Positions 38,521-49,729 are shown, counted from the first letter of the stretch. The stretch is 64,000 bases of DNA from Macrostomum hystrix (GCA_950097015.1 CATNEN010000007.1:806001-870000), one strand, 5' to 3'. The notes: generated by a model not told the origin, from the sequence alone. Translations and numbers: made by a program.

Positions 38521-38941
38521 GGACGAACCTGTAATGAGGAAAACATTGCTGCAAAAACGACAGGTAACACAAGTGCAAAGGTTCACGATAAGAAGCCATT
38601 GAGAGCGCATTGTTTTTATAAACCAGCAGCATTTTCCGTTTTTTGTCTAAACTTTAGCTTGCTTAAGCAGCTATTAATTTTAATGACGGGCAGCCACACT
38701 CAGTCTCAGTCTAACTCATAAAATCCCCGCCGTCCTGTCCCGACTCTGTTATCCCCGTTCCTCAAAATATCCCTAGCACATGCAGGTCGGTGTTTACCCT
38801 TCTATCGGATTCGTATCAAATACGTTGCCATAGCATTCATTAATCATTAGATATTTTTGTGCTATTTGAAATAACACACTGGCGGGTCGATTGAGTTCAT
38901 GAAGCATGCTTTGGAATGATTTATTATATTTAACTCGGTAG

Positions 38942-39157
38942 TGTCATGCCGTAGTCTAATAGCACTCACGTATCGCTTTGCCGGTCAATCTAATATGTAC
39001 ATATCACTAACTCTCGCTCACTATGTACATGCCCCCCACGCGCACGTTGATCGTATCGGTTGCACGTTGAGGCAAATATATAAATACTGTCTCGCCCTAC
39101 TTGGAGGGCTCACCTTTTTCTTCGCACCTCACACAGCGTGACTCTTGAGCTATTACA
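38942..39157 (+). repeat. 5' LTR, 216 bp
   Basis: TGTCATG...ATTACA; identical by eye to 43277-43492; contains ATATATAAAT TATA-like box. Confidence 0.97.
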
Positions 39158-39158
39158 T

Positions 39159-39171
39159 TGGCGTCGCAAGG
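39159..39171 (+). other. Primer-binding site TGGCGTCGCAAGG
   Basis: TGG (complement of tRNA CCA) one base after the LTR; cognate tRNA not identified. Confidence 0.7.
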
Positions 39172-39178
39172 CCGAACC

Positions 39179-42100
39179 ATGGCCTTCCTACAACTGCCTC
39201 CACCAGCCCACTTTAGCATCAGAGACGACCCTCACTCTGTAAGCAAGCGCTGGCAGGAGTGGTCGACCAACCTTCTGCGGTACCTGGCGGCAACCGGCAT
39301 CAAAGATGAGACGCAGAAACGCCAGATCCTTCTGTATACGGCAGGCAAAGAAGTGAGCGACCTGTACAACGAGATCGCCACCCAGTCGCAGCAACAAGAA
39401 GGCGAGCCCGCAGCCGAGCCCACGGTCGACCAGCTGATCGCACAGTTCAGCACGCACTTCCAAGGCCGCGATAACGTCGTCTTCATTCGATACCAGTTTC
39501 GCCACTGTCTCCAGGAAGAAGGCGAATCCATAGACGCTTGGCACAGCAGACTGTGGAGCGCCTCGGAAACCTGCAAGTTCGAGGGTCTCCGCCAGTCGCT
39601 CATCAGGGACCAAATCGTGGCCAGCTGTCGCAGCGAGTCACTGAGGAAGCGCCTGCTGAATATCCCCAACATCAGCCTGTCGGACACTCTCCAGCTGGCC
39701 AGGACGCACGAGGCAGCAGAGAAGCAGGCGGCCATCATGACCAGGACAGCGGCAGCCTCTGAGGAAGTGGCGCAACTGCGCCGCCAGCGCCACCCGCTGC
39801 CGGAACCTTCGCGTGAGTCGCAGCAATTTGCTAAGTGCATCCGGTGCGGCGAGCTGGGCCACAAGAGCTGCAGCAGGGCGCAAGGCAAGCGATGCAGCAG
39901 CTGCGGCAAGGCCAACCATCTGGCCAAGGCCTGCCTCAGCAGCCGCTCGAAGATTAACTCACTGCAGCCCGAGCAGGACCAGTCAGCCGACCAACCACCC
40001 AACGAGGTGTTCTGCACGCTCAGCGGCAAGGACGACAGCGCCAAGTTCGTCATCAGAATCAACGGCAGTCCGGTCCGCACACTGATCGACAGCGGAGCGA
40101 GCTGCAACGTGTTGGACATGGCGACGTTCCACAGAATCTGCCGGCCCGGCACGCCGCTTTCGCCGTCCAGCACCACAGTCTTTGCGCTTGGTGCCAGCGA
40201 GCCACTGAAGACAGCCGGCCAAACAACGCTCACTGTCAGAGCGAACCACCGCGAATTGCAGGCCAATTTCATCGTCATCAGCAGCAACTGCACACCGATT
40301 CTCGGAAGATCGTCCAGCACAAAGCTCGGCATGCTGAGAGTCGGACCTGAAGTCAGCACGAACTCTGCGGTGGTGGCCAGCCTAGCTAAGCCGGCCAGCA
40401 GTGAGGACCAGCACCTGCCCAAGCAGCTGCAACTTCAGACAATCCTGGCGGAATTCAGCGACTGCTTTCAAGGCATCGGATGCGTGAAGGGAGTCAGCGT
40501 CACTATCAGGCTCAGGCCGGATGCCACTCCAGTCTGCCAGCCGCCATCCCGAGTGCCCGTTCACCTAAGGAATGCTGTAATCAAGGAGCTGGAAGATCAA
40601 CTGGCACTGGGAATCGTCGAACGAGTGCGTGGTCCAACAGCCTGGTGCTCCAGAATGGTCGCAGTTCCAAAGGCCGAGCAGGGCGAGGTTCGCATCACCC
40701 AGGACCTCCGCGAGGTGAACAAGTACGTCATCCCAGAGAAGCAGCCTATACCCACATTCGAAGAGGTGACGGACGAGATGGCGGGCGCGACGTATTTCTC
40801 GGAGCTGGACGTCGCCAAAGCCTTCCACCAAATTGAAGTCGCCGAGGAGTCTAGAGACCTGCTAACGTTCTCATCACCCATCGGGCTCCTGCGGCTGCGC
40901 CGGCTCTGCATGGGCTTCACATCCGCCTCCGAGATCCTCCAGCGGGTGATGACCTCCGTCCTGAGTGGCCTCCCCGGCGTCCGCTGGGTGCACGACGACA
41001 TCCTGGTGTACGCGAAAAACATTGAAGAGCACAACCAGCGCCTGCGAGACTGCCTGGCCCGGTTGAAGGCTAGCAACATCACGTTGAACCCCAAGAAGTG
41101 CCGCTTCGCCCGGCCAGAGGTCGACTTTCTCGCCATGCGGCTCTCTGCATGCGGCATTCACCCAAGCGCCGAGAAAGTAGCGGCCATCAACAACTTCAAG
41201 CGGCCGACCAACGCAACCGAGGTGCGCTCCTTCCTCGGCCTCGTCACCTTCGTAGCGCGCTTCATCAGCAACCTGTCTGACAGGGCCCGGCCACTCCGCG
41301 AGCTGACAAGGCAGGCCGCCGAGTGGACGTGGGGCGAAAAGCAAGAGGCCGCATTCAACGACATCAAACAGACGATCGCCAGCAGCCACGCGCTGGCATT
41401 CTTCAATAGTGAGCTGCAGACTCAGCTGATCGTGGACGCCAGCCCCACGGGTGTCGGCGCCATCCTTGCCCAAGTTCAGCCAGACGGATCGACGCGGCCG
41501 GTGGCATACGCGAGCCGCAGCCTCAGCCCGACCGAGCAGCGCTACTCCCAGACGGAGCGAGAGGCCCTCGCGGTGAAGTACGGCGGCCTGAAGTTCTACC
41601 ACTACCTCAGCGGGGGTGGCAGTTTCAAGGTCATCACCGACCACAAGCCGCTGATATCCCTGTTCAGCACGGGGTCTCGGCCGCCACCCCGCATTGAGCG
41701 CATGGCGCTGCGACTGCAAGACCTTGTCTTTCGGGTCGTGTACCAGCCCGGCGCCGGCAACCCGTCTGACGTCCTGAGCCGCCAGCCGCTGCCAATGCCA
41801 CCAAACAACGTCGGCGAGCAGGCGGACGCGATCTACGTGGCCACGGCAGTCCAAGCTGCCACTCCGGTGTCCATCAGCCTGGGCACAATCAAGGCGGCCT
41901 CCGAACGAGACGGCACGGTACAAGCAGCGCTACACGCCATCCGCGGCCACCAATGGGACAAGAGTGACACGTGCCTGCAGGGACTCCATGGCGTATCCCA
42001 CGAACTATCCGAGCTGAACGGCCTGCTGCTGCGCGGCAGTCAGCTGTACATGCCGACGACTCTGCGATACCGGTGCATGCAGCTGGCCCACCAGGGACAC

Positions 42101-43162
42101 CAGGGCGTCAAAAAAACGCTCGACCGCTTGCAAGCGAAGGTCTGGTGGCCAGGCATGCGAGCATCCGTGGAGGCGCACGTAGCAGCCTGCACCAGCTGCC
42201 TGACCTGCACCAGCGAGACCTCGCCGAAAGCCACGCCGCTAAAGCCGACCGAACTGCCGGAGGGCCCCTGGCTCGAGCTGGGGCTCGACTTCCTCGGACC
42301 GATAAACGGCAAGTCGCTGCTCGTCTGTACGGACCACTTCTCCAGGTTCCCGCTCGTGGAGGTCATGGCCAGCACCACCGCCTCCGCCGTCATCAACGTG
42401 CTACGCCGGTGGTTTAGCATCTTCGGGCAGCCGACAAAGGTGACCACAGACAATGGCCCACCCTTCGCATCGGCCGAGTTCAGCAGCTTCCTGATGGATC
42501 AGGGCGCACGGCACCATCGGATCACCCCTCTCTACCCTCAGGCCAACGGCGCAACGGAGCGGTGCAATCAAGGGCTGAACAAGGCTATCCGCGCAGCGAT
42601 CGTCGAAGGCAGGGACTGGACACTGGCCCTGGACGAGTACCTGGCAGCGTACAGACGCACTCCGCACTGCTCCACGGGCGTCGCGCCGGCCAGTCTGTTA
42701 TTTGGCAGGCAGATCAACGATGTGATCCCGAGTCTCCGACACTCGCAGCCCGTCGACGCGACTCGAGCGGCCATTGCCGACAGCGACAGACAGGCCAAGG
42801 AGGCTATGAAGCGGCACGCCGACCGACGCTTCAGAGCCGCCGACCACGGCATTCGCGCCGGCGACCGCGTCCTCAGGCGCCAGCAGCCCCGGCAAAAGAC
42901 CGACGCCTTCTACGAGTCGGCGCCGTTGACCGTGGCCGAGGTGCAAGGCGACTCCCTGCTCATGCAGCGCGACGACGTCGTCTGCCGCAGGCACGCCACG
43001 CAGGTCAAGCGGCTGCCCGGGCAGCCTGAGCAGTCCGATCAGCAGCCGCTCGAACCTCCCGACGCCCCTGAGCTCACGGAGCCAGTCGCAGCCCGGCTCC
43101 ACCCACGGCGGGCGAAGGACCCAGAGAGGAACTACAGAGAACCCGACCTGCGCAGAAGCTGA
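39179..43162 (+). CDS. gag-pol: Gag-Pol polyprotein, 1327 aa from the first ATG
   Basis: Two Cys/His knuckles, protease LIDSGAS, RT WVHDD, RNase H DAS/EREAL/TDHKPL, integrase HHCC and D-D-E (LDF, TDNG, NGATER); no stops or frameshifts. Confidence 0.96.
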   Translation: MAFLQLPPPAHFSIRDDPHSVSKRWQEWSTNLLRYLAATGIKDETQKRQILLYTAGKEVSDLYNEIATQSQQQEGEPAAEPTVDQLIAQFSTHFQGRDNVVFIRYQFRHCLQEEGESIDAWHSRLWSASETCKFEGLRQSLIRDQIVASCRSESLRKRLLNIPNISLSDTLQLARTHEAAEKQAAIMTRTAAASEEVAQLRRQRHPLPEPSRESQQFAKCIRCGELGHKSCSRAQGKRCSSCGKANHLAKACLSSRSKINSLQPEQDQSADQPPNEVFCTLSGKDDSAKFVIRINGSPVRTLIDSGASCNVLDMATFHRICRPGTPLSPSSTTVFALGASEPLKTAGQTTLTVRANHRELQANFIVISSNCTPILGRSSSTKLGMLRVGPEVSTNSAVVASLAKPASSEDQHLPKQLQLQTILAEFSDCFQGIGCVKGVSVTIRLRPDATPVCQPPSRVPVHLRNAVIKELEDQLALGIVERVRGPTAWCSRMVAVPKAEQGEVRITQDLREVNKYVIPEKQPIPTFEEVTDEMAGATYFSELDVAKAFHQIEVAEESRDLLTFSSPIGLLRLRRLCMGFTSASEILQRVMTSVLSGLPGVRWVHDDILVYAKNIEEHNQRLRDCLARLKASNITLNPKKCRFARPEVDFLAMRLSACGIHPSAEKVAAINNFKRPTNATEVRSFLGLVTFVARFISNLSDRARPLRELTRQAAEWTWGEKQEAAFNDIKQTIASSHALAFFNSELQTQLIVDASPTGVGAILAQVQPDGSTRPVAYASRSLSPTEQRYSQTEREALAVKYGGLKFYHYLSGGGSFKVITDHKPLISLFSTGSRPPPRIERMALRLQDLVFRVVYQPGAGNPSDVLSRQPLPMPPNNVGEQADAIYVATAVQAATPVSISLGTIKAASERDGTVQAALHAIRGHQWDKSDTCLQGLHGVSHELSELNGLLLRGSQLYMPTTLRYRCMQLAHQGHQGVKKTLDRLQAKVWWPGMRASVEAHVAACTSCLTCTSETSPKATPLKPTELPEGPWLELGLDFLGPINGKSLLVCTDHFSRFPLVEVMASTTASAVINVLRRWFSIFGQPTKVTTDNGPPFASAEFSSFLMDQGARHHRITPLYPQANGATERCNQGLNKAIRAAIVEGRDWTLALDEYLAAYRRTPHCSTGVAPASLLFGRQINDVIPSLRHSQPVDATRAAIADSDRQAKEAMKRHADRRFRAADHGIRAGDRVLRRQQPRQKTDAFYESAPLTVAEVQGDSLLMQRDDVVCRRHATQVKRLPGQPEQSDQQPLEPPDAPELTEPVAARLHPRRAKDPERNYREPDLRRS

Positions 43163-43276
43163 ATTGCTTGATTGACAGACTAAAGTTACAAGGACTGTTC
43201 TAAAAACAATTATATTGTTGCCTGCTACTACTTCTTTCATTTTATTCCCTTAATTTTTCATCCACTTGAGGAGGAC

Positions 43277-43492
43277 TGTCATGCCGTAGTCTAATAGCAC
43301 TCACGTATCGCTTTGCCGGTCAATCTAATATGTACATATCACTAACTCTCGCTCACTATGTACATGCCCCCCACGCGCACGTTGATCGTATCGGTTGCAC
43401 GTTGAGGCAAATATATAAATACTGTCTCGCCCTACTTGGAGGGCTCACCTTTTTCTTCGCACCTCACACAGCGTGACTCTTGAGCTATTACA
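43277..43492 (+). repeat. 3' LTR, 216 bp
   Basis: Identical by eye to the 5' LTR; preceded by short purine run GAGGAGGA. Confidence 0.97.
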
Positions 43493-43601
43493 GGTAGTGC
43501 ATAAAAGCGTTCTGCATCATGAACTCTAAAAGCTGAAATTAGAAGCCATGGAAGTTTCCTGCTGATGCGCCCCGCGAAGTAGTCTTGGCGATGTTAATTT
43601 T

Positions 43602-43890
43602 GAGAGGAGAAGGGAGGAGAGGAGAGGAGAGGAGAAGAGAAGGAGAGGAAAGGAAAGGAGAGGAGAGGAGAGGAGAGGATAGTAGAGGAGAGTAGAGGAA
43701 GGGATAGGAGAGGAGAGGAAAGGAGAGGAGAGGAGAGGAGAAGAGAGCAGAGGAGAGGAGAGGAGAGGAGAGGAAAGGAGAGGAGAGGAAAGGAGAGGGG
43801 AGGAGAGGAGAGGAGAGGAGAGGAAAGGAGAGGAGAGGAGAGGAGAGGAGAGGAGAGGAGAGGAGAGGAGAGCGGAGGAGAGGAGAGAAG
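43602..43890. repeat. (GGAGA)n microsatellite
   Basis: Direct reading. Confidence 0.93.
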
Positions 43891-44291
43891 AGCTTAAGAG
43901 ACAATAAAGATAAATTTTGAGTGAATAATGCGAATAAAGCGATAGAGAGAGAAAATTGAAAGAGGGTGCAGCATGTTAGGCAGGCAGTGGAATCCCTGAG
44001 CAATATTCAAGCAAATGATATTTAGAAAGGCTTCAATCATTGTCAAGGAAGCGGAGACCCCCAGCAGAAAATCAGGCATCTGGGTAAAACGGCGAATCAC
44101 TTTGAATTCCGGGCAGCGCTGGCCGAGAAGGGGGCCGCACTCTGCAAACGAGGGCAATTGATTTTCTTCCCAGCCTTCCTTCAAGTCCTTCAAGGCCACT
44201 GAGAGAGCGCGGCCAGCGGGAGCGGAGAAAGGGAGTGGGAGAAATGTCCCATCACCCCAGCGCAAACTTCCATCCGCGATGTCGGCTTTAT

Positions 44292-44368
44292 TGACTGAGC
44301 TTGTTAAGGGCAAAGAGAGACTGACTCTCAAGCCAATGGTCCTGAGTTCGAATCTGTCGCTAGGTCAC
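44292..44368 (+). mobile_element. Possible degenerate tRNA-derived head (SINE or pseudogene)
   Basis: TGACTGAGCTTG (A-box-like) and GAGTTCGAATC (B-box-like); no convincing cloverleaf. Confidence 0.3.
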
Positions 44369-44875
44369 AATAGGCAGAGTTATATCCGCAAGTAGACGCA
44401 TATACATGCACTAGAAGTGTGCTAATTTTCCGCTTGAATTAACTGCATCTGATTAGCACCTTCGCCTGATTAGCCTGGCCAAAATATTGGAGAAAATGGA
44501 CAGCCCCGAGACAACGGCTCTTGTAAATGATTCCCTGGCTGCAAAACAGCGAACAAAACATATGAGAAAAGAAGAGAGCTGGAAGAGAGCCTGTGACATT
44601 GTTGTTTGGCCCTCGAAGGCGGATCCCAGTGTATTGTGTTTTTTGACTTTAGCCAATTCATCGGCAGGTCAAAACTAGAGCGAAATGTTCAATGCTATGT
44701 TACACGTACGGTCCTGACCGCTGAAATCTGATTTAATCTGCTGGGCCAAGAAAATGATGCGCAGTGGGTAGTTGCGGCTTGGGCTGCTGCGGTCTTAAGT
44801 TTGTTCTCAAAAGTGAGTTTTTTGTTATAATGTTAAATCAGATCGATAAAGGAGGCCGAGTTGTTTTTGTTATAA

Positions 44876-45150
44876 TTAGTCGCTTCCGGCATGGACGCTG
44901 CGCTTCTTGCGATAGGAGCTGCGGTAATAGCGATTGTAGAACTCGCCCAGGATGGTGTCCACATCTTTCTCGCTCTTGGCTTGACACTCGTCCCGGCAGG
45001 ACCGGATGCTGGCGCCGCGGTAGCCGATGCTGGAGCTCACGCAGCAGCGGCCGGGCGGACAGTCAGAGTCCGATTGGCAGTCGATGCGGCGCGGCAAGTT
45101 GAAGTCGTCGAAGCCGCGCGGAATTTCGCGTTCGCAAATGCCGCCGTATC
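44876..45150 (-). CDS. Secreted cysteine-rich peptide, exon 3 (last Cys of module 1, module 2, RKKR tail)
   Basis: Acceptor CTCCCCAACAG|GA phase 1; YGGICERE...CQSDSDCPPGRCC...CRDEC...RKKRSVHAGSD*. Confidence 0.82.
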
Positions 45151-46459
45151 CTGTTGGGGAGGTTCGGATTGGTTTCTATTTTTAGCTTTTTGGGGTTTTC
45201 TCGAGGTGGGTGTGAATCGTATGGTTTTGTGCCTTAATTCTTATTGGACACGATTTTTAGCACCAGGGGTTCTCTATGGTTTTAAATGAAATATATTTTT
45301 GTTTCTTAATTCTAATTGGTTGCTATTTTTAGCGTCTGGGCTTTCCTTGGAGTGGGTGCGAATCGTATGAGTTTAATGTCTTAATTTTTATTGGACACTA
45401 TTTTTTAGCATCAGGGGGTTTCCTTTAGTGGTAATGAAGAATCTGCTCCTGAATTCTCCTTTTTTCAACTGGATTAAATTGGATTTCATTTTTAGTATGG
45501 TTGGTATATTTAGATATATATACTGGGTTTAGGACATAATTTCTGCTTCAAGTTTCAGAGGCCGATCGAGTAAAGAGACACTCAAGAATGAAAGTTGATA
45601 CATTTCGCATATAAGCCCACCATTTATATACATATAAATGGCCGATATACAGTATTCCTGAGGGAAATTTTCGACTCCGAACCGGGAACGGTCGAAGCGA
45701 AGCCAATTGACGAAATAAAACGAGGCCCGGGGTATCTGGCAGGATTGGCGGATTGAGTTTAGCGTTAATAAACTCGATTGCCGAGACCAATTTACCGACT
45801 AGCTAAGCGAGGAATGAAAAATGCGAAACTGAATGCATTGAAAAGATTGTTAAAGATTCTGGAGCTGTCTTCTGGACCCGGGAGCTAAAATAGCCTTCCA
45901 TTACCCGCTTCAAATTCAACCGTTGTGGTGGAGTTAATGAAGTTTTTTGCTGCTAAAAGAATTACGACTGTGAGAAGGCAGAAAAAAGGGGAGATTTTCC
46001 TTGCTAATTTTCTGCTTCTTCTCCTAGAAGGAATGCCGAACTGAGAAGTGAGTCGCATAAGCCTCTCAAACTGTTGATGGCATGCGGTCTGGCGATTATA
46101 AAGAATGAGAATACATGCAAAATTTAACAGCCTAAACGGAGACTTCAGTAAGGGTGTGTCGGAGAAGACACAAGGCGTCTAAATTTAGACGGCTGAAGCA
46201 GGAAAAGAATTTTATTCGTGTCCATGGCGATTTGCTGCCGAAAAGCCGGGGGCTCGGGGTTGGTGGAAGAAAACGGAAGCGCGGATGCTGGGACTAAAAA
46301 GTGGCTGGGCAGTTTTTTCCTCAGTTTAGGGGATGTTGTCTTTAGCTTTGTCGACTTCTAAACTTAAGCTTAGCCACGCTTGGTTTATTACTGCCTATTA
46401 GTTTTCCGGAAACTGTTCTGAGTGCATGTAAAACTGCTTTTTTAATTAGAGGAAATGGA

Positions 46460-47778
46460 GGTAGAGAGGAAGTGGAGCGAGAGAAAGGAAAAAAGAGAGA
46501 GGAGAGAGAGGAGGGAGAGGAGAGGAGGGAGAGGAGAAAGAGGAGAGAGGGGGGAAGAGGAGAGGAGGGAGAGGAGAGAGACAGGGGGAGGAGATTAGGG
46601 AGAGGAGAGAGAGGAGAGAGAGGGGGGAGAGGAGAGGATGGAGAGGAGAGAGAAGAGAGAGAGGGGGAAGAGGAGAGGATGGAGAGGAGAGAGAGGGAGA
46701 GGAGAGAGAGGAGAGAGAGGGGGAAGAGGAGAGGAGGGAGAGGAGAGAGAGGGGGAGAGGAGAGGAGGGAGAGGAGAGAGAGGAGAGAGAGGAGGAAGAG
46801 GAGAGGAGGGATAGAATAGAGAGGGGGAGAGGAGAGGAGGGAGAGGAGAGAGATGAGAGAGAGGGGGAAGAGGAGAGGAGGGAGAGGAGAGAGAGGGGGG
46901 AGAGGAGAGGAGGGAGAGGAGAGAGAGGAGAGAGGGGGGAGAGGGGGGAGAGGAGAGAGAGGGGGAGAGGAGAGGAGGGAGAGGAGAGAGAGGAGAGAGG
47001 GGGGAAGAGGAGAGGAGGGAGAGGAGAGAGACAGGGGGGAGGAGATGAGGGAGAGGAGAGAGAGGAGAGAGGGGGGAGAGGGGGGAGAGGAGAGAGAGGG
47101 GGAGAGGAGAGGAGGGAGAGGAGAGAGAGGAGAGAGGGGGGAAGAGGAGAGGAGGGAGAGGAGAGAGACAGGGGGGAGGAGATGAGGGAGAGGAGAGAGA
47201 GGAGAGAGACGGGGGAGAGGAGAGGAGGGAGAGGAGAGAGAGGAGAGAGAGGGGGAAGAGGAGAGGAGGGAGAGGAGAGAGAGGGAGAGGAGAGAGAGGA
47301 GAGAGAGGGGAAGAGGAGAGGAGGGAGAGGAGAGGAGGGAGAGGAGAGAGAGGAGAGGAGGGAGAGGAGGGATAGAAGAGAGAGGGGGAGAGGAGAGGAG
47401 GGAGAGGAGAGAGATGAGAGATAGGGGGAAGAGGAGAGGAGGGAGAGGAGAGAGAGGGGGAGAGGAGAGGAGGGAGAGGAGAGAGAGGAGAGGAGGGAGA
47501 GGAGGGATAGTAGAGAGAGGGGGAGAGGAGAGGAGGGAGAGGAGAGAGATGAGAGAGAGGGGGAAGAGGAGAGGAGGGAGAGGAGAGAGAGGGGGCGGAG
47601 GAGATGAGGGAGAGGAGAGAGAGGGAGAGAAGCGAGAGGAGGGAGAGCAGAGAGAGGGGGAGAGGAGAGGAGGGAGAGGAGAGAGATGAGTGAGAGTAGG
47701 GAGAAGAGGGAGGAGAGGGAGAGGTGGGAGAGAAGGGAGAGAAGGGAGAGGAGGGAGAGAAGGCAGAGGGGGAGAGAA
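46460..47778. repeat. AG-rich low-complexity satellite in intron 2 of the peptide gene
   Basis: Direct reading. Confidence 0.93.
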
Positions 47779-47933
47779 GAAAGCGGGCAGGTAGTAAATA
47801 AGAAAGACGTGTTAGATCGGAGGAAATCAGAACAGTTAAGAAATCAGTTAAAGTGCTGACAAAAGTTCGAGCACGGCAATATTTAAGCGCCACCCCTAGG
47901 AGCAGGTTGCACGTGTCACACAGCCGCACTCAC

Positions 47934-48009
47934 TCTTGTAGCCGTATCGGCAGACCAGTCCTGAGCAGCAGACTGTGTCGGAATAGCAATAGGAGCCTTC
48001 AAAGCCGCA
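47934..48009 (-). CDS. Secreted cysteine-rich peptide, exon 2 (CGFEGSYCYSDTVCCSGLVCRYGYK)
   Basis: Acceptor CTGACTTTCAG| phase 0; donor AAG A|GTGAGT phase 1. Confidence 0.82.
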
Positions 48010-48205
48010 CTGAAAGTCAGATGAAAAAAGGAAAGTCATCGTGACCTCGACGATTAGTATGAAATGATAAATTCTGCCTAAAGATTGGTGACTGTAGGAT
48101 TTTGCGTCAGAAAATCGGTTAATCTTCTGAAATCTAATATCTTTCAGCGAGCATTTGCACCAGCAGTTTAGAAACACCATTTTTAGGTGGAGTCGCATAT
48201 TGTAA

Positions 48206-48497
48206 GACTGAGAATCGAGTCCCTGAAGGACTGAGAATCGAGTCCCTGAAGGACTGAGAATCGAGTCCCTGAAGGACTGAGAATCGAGTCCCTGAAGGAC
48301 TCAGAATCGAGTCCCTGAAGGACTCAGAATCGAGTCCCTGAAGGACTGAGAATCGAGTCCCTGAAGGACTCAGAATCGAGTCCCTGAAGGACTGAGAATC
48401 GAGTCCCTGAAGGACTCAGAATCGAGTCCCTGAAGGACTGAGAATCGATTCCCTGAAGGACTCAGAATCGAGTCCCTGAAGGACTCAGAATCGATTT
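48206..48497. repeat. 23-bp minisatellite GACT(G/C)AGAATCGAGTCCCTGAAG in intron 1 of the peptide gene
   Basis: Direct reading. Confidence 0.93.
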
Positions 48498-48552
48498 CAT
48501 GAAGCACAGGGTCGTACAGAGTCCATTTACGGTGCCAAAAATAACTGCTCAC

Positions 48553-48660
48553 ATTGATATCGGAGTCACCCATGATGCGAATGAAGCCGCAAGCTTGTCG
48601 CGGACCCAGCAACACAGACAGGGCCGCTAGCAGAGCCACCAGACAAGACGCCGTAGGCAT
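48553..48660 (-). CDS. Secreted cysteine-rich peptide, exon 1 (signal peptide)
   Basis: MPTASCLVALLAALSVLLGPRQACG-FIRIMGDSDIN; donor AAT|GTGAGC phase 0 matches exon 2. Confidence 0.78.
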
Positions 48661-48949
48661 GCCGTCAGTAGATGTATATAATTTCTAGATTTTTTAATAC
48701 ACAGAGATGATAAGACCTCAGTTAATATCTACTCTCCTTTTTTAGAGGCAAGCGGGATTTGAATAGCATAGGATTCGCATTTTTATAGGCAAAAGGTTTA
48801 GGGCTACGAATCGGGTTGAACCAATCAGGAATAAGGAGGAGCTTAGGAGGAAAACTGCTTTTGAATTTCAGAGGTCTTGACTGAAGGCCAGAATATTAGG
48901 CAAGAAAAGCAGACAGGCACGTAAACACAGAATAACAGAAATGGCATAT

Positions 48950-49290
48950 TGACAAAGTGACAAAATGACAGAATGACAGAAGGCCAAAAATGACAGACTG
49001 ACAGCAATGACAGAAGGCCAAAAATGACAGACTGACAGCAATGACAGAAATGACAGAAATAACATAAATTACAGAATGAGAGAAATGGCAGAATGACAGG
49101 CATCAGGAACAGACAGAATGACAGGCATCTTAAACAGACAGAATTACAGGCATCTTAAACAGACAGAATTACAGGCATCATGAACAGACAGAATGACAGG
49201 CATCAGGAACAGACAGAATGACAGGCATCTTAAACAGACAGAATGACAGGCATCAGGAACAGACAGAATGACAGGCATCATAAACAGACA
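48950..49290. repeat. Degenerate ACAGAATG-based repeats, including a 25-bp unit ACAGACAGAATGACAGGCATCAGGA
   Basis: Direct reading. Confidence 0.85.
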
Positions 49291-49729
49291 TAAAAACAGC
49301 CGAATTGAACAGACAGTTGGACAGACTTTGACATTGCTTGCTGGCTTCATAGTCATTCAATACTGTTTACACTAATAAATTCAAGGTGGCAAATGTTGAG
49401 ACTCGACCACATAAGCTTGGAAGCAGAGAGCTCAGCTGTAAATAAATTTGCCACAATTTTCTAGGCTTCTCGCACTTTGTAGCCGGGAGCAGGAAAAAGC
49501 CTTTGCCACAGAAATTGCCCCATTGTGGCTTGGCTCTGTTTTGCTTGATTAATAATCAAAGCACTGGGCTATCCGGCGGGGGCAGAAGCCGGGTCGATAA
49601 ATGTAAAAATGCGAGCTGCGCCACAACAGGTGGCGATTGTCCCACAGGAGGAAATTATCCTCACCTACCAGGCCCATCGATTGGTGAATTTATTCTAAAT
49701 TTTGAAGGATATAAATAGAATTGCTGAGG

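Larger units (their letters stand above)
38942..43492 (+). mobile_element. Full-length Ty3/Gypsy LTR retrotransposon, probably Mag group
   Basis: Two TG...CA LTRs, GGTAG target-site duplication (38937-38941 and 43493-43497), PBS, single gag-pol ORF in PR-RT-RH-IN order. Confidence 0.97.

Noticed and set aside
36758-38632. Three overlapping ORFs of about 600 aa on the minus strand
   Set aside because: The 20-bp unit lacks stops in all three minus frames; no coding signal
39188-43240. Antisense and shifted-frame ORFs within the retrotransposon, and similar ones over the host exons
   Set aside because: Expected shadows of GC3-rich coding sequence; no motifs
43894-44331. 145-aa minus-strand ORF between the LTR element and the peptide gene
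   Set aside because: Non-ATG start, no recognisable domain or splice partners
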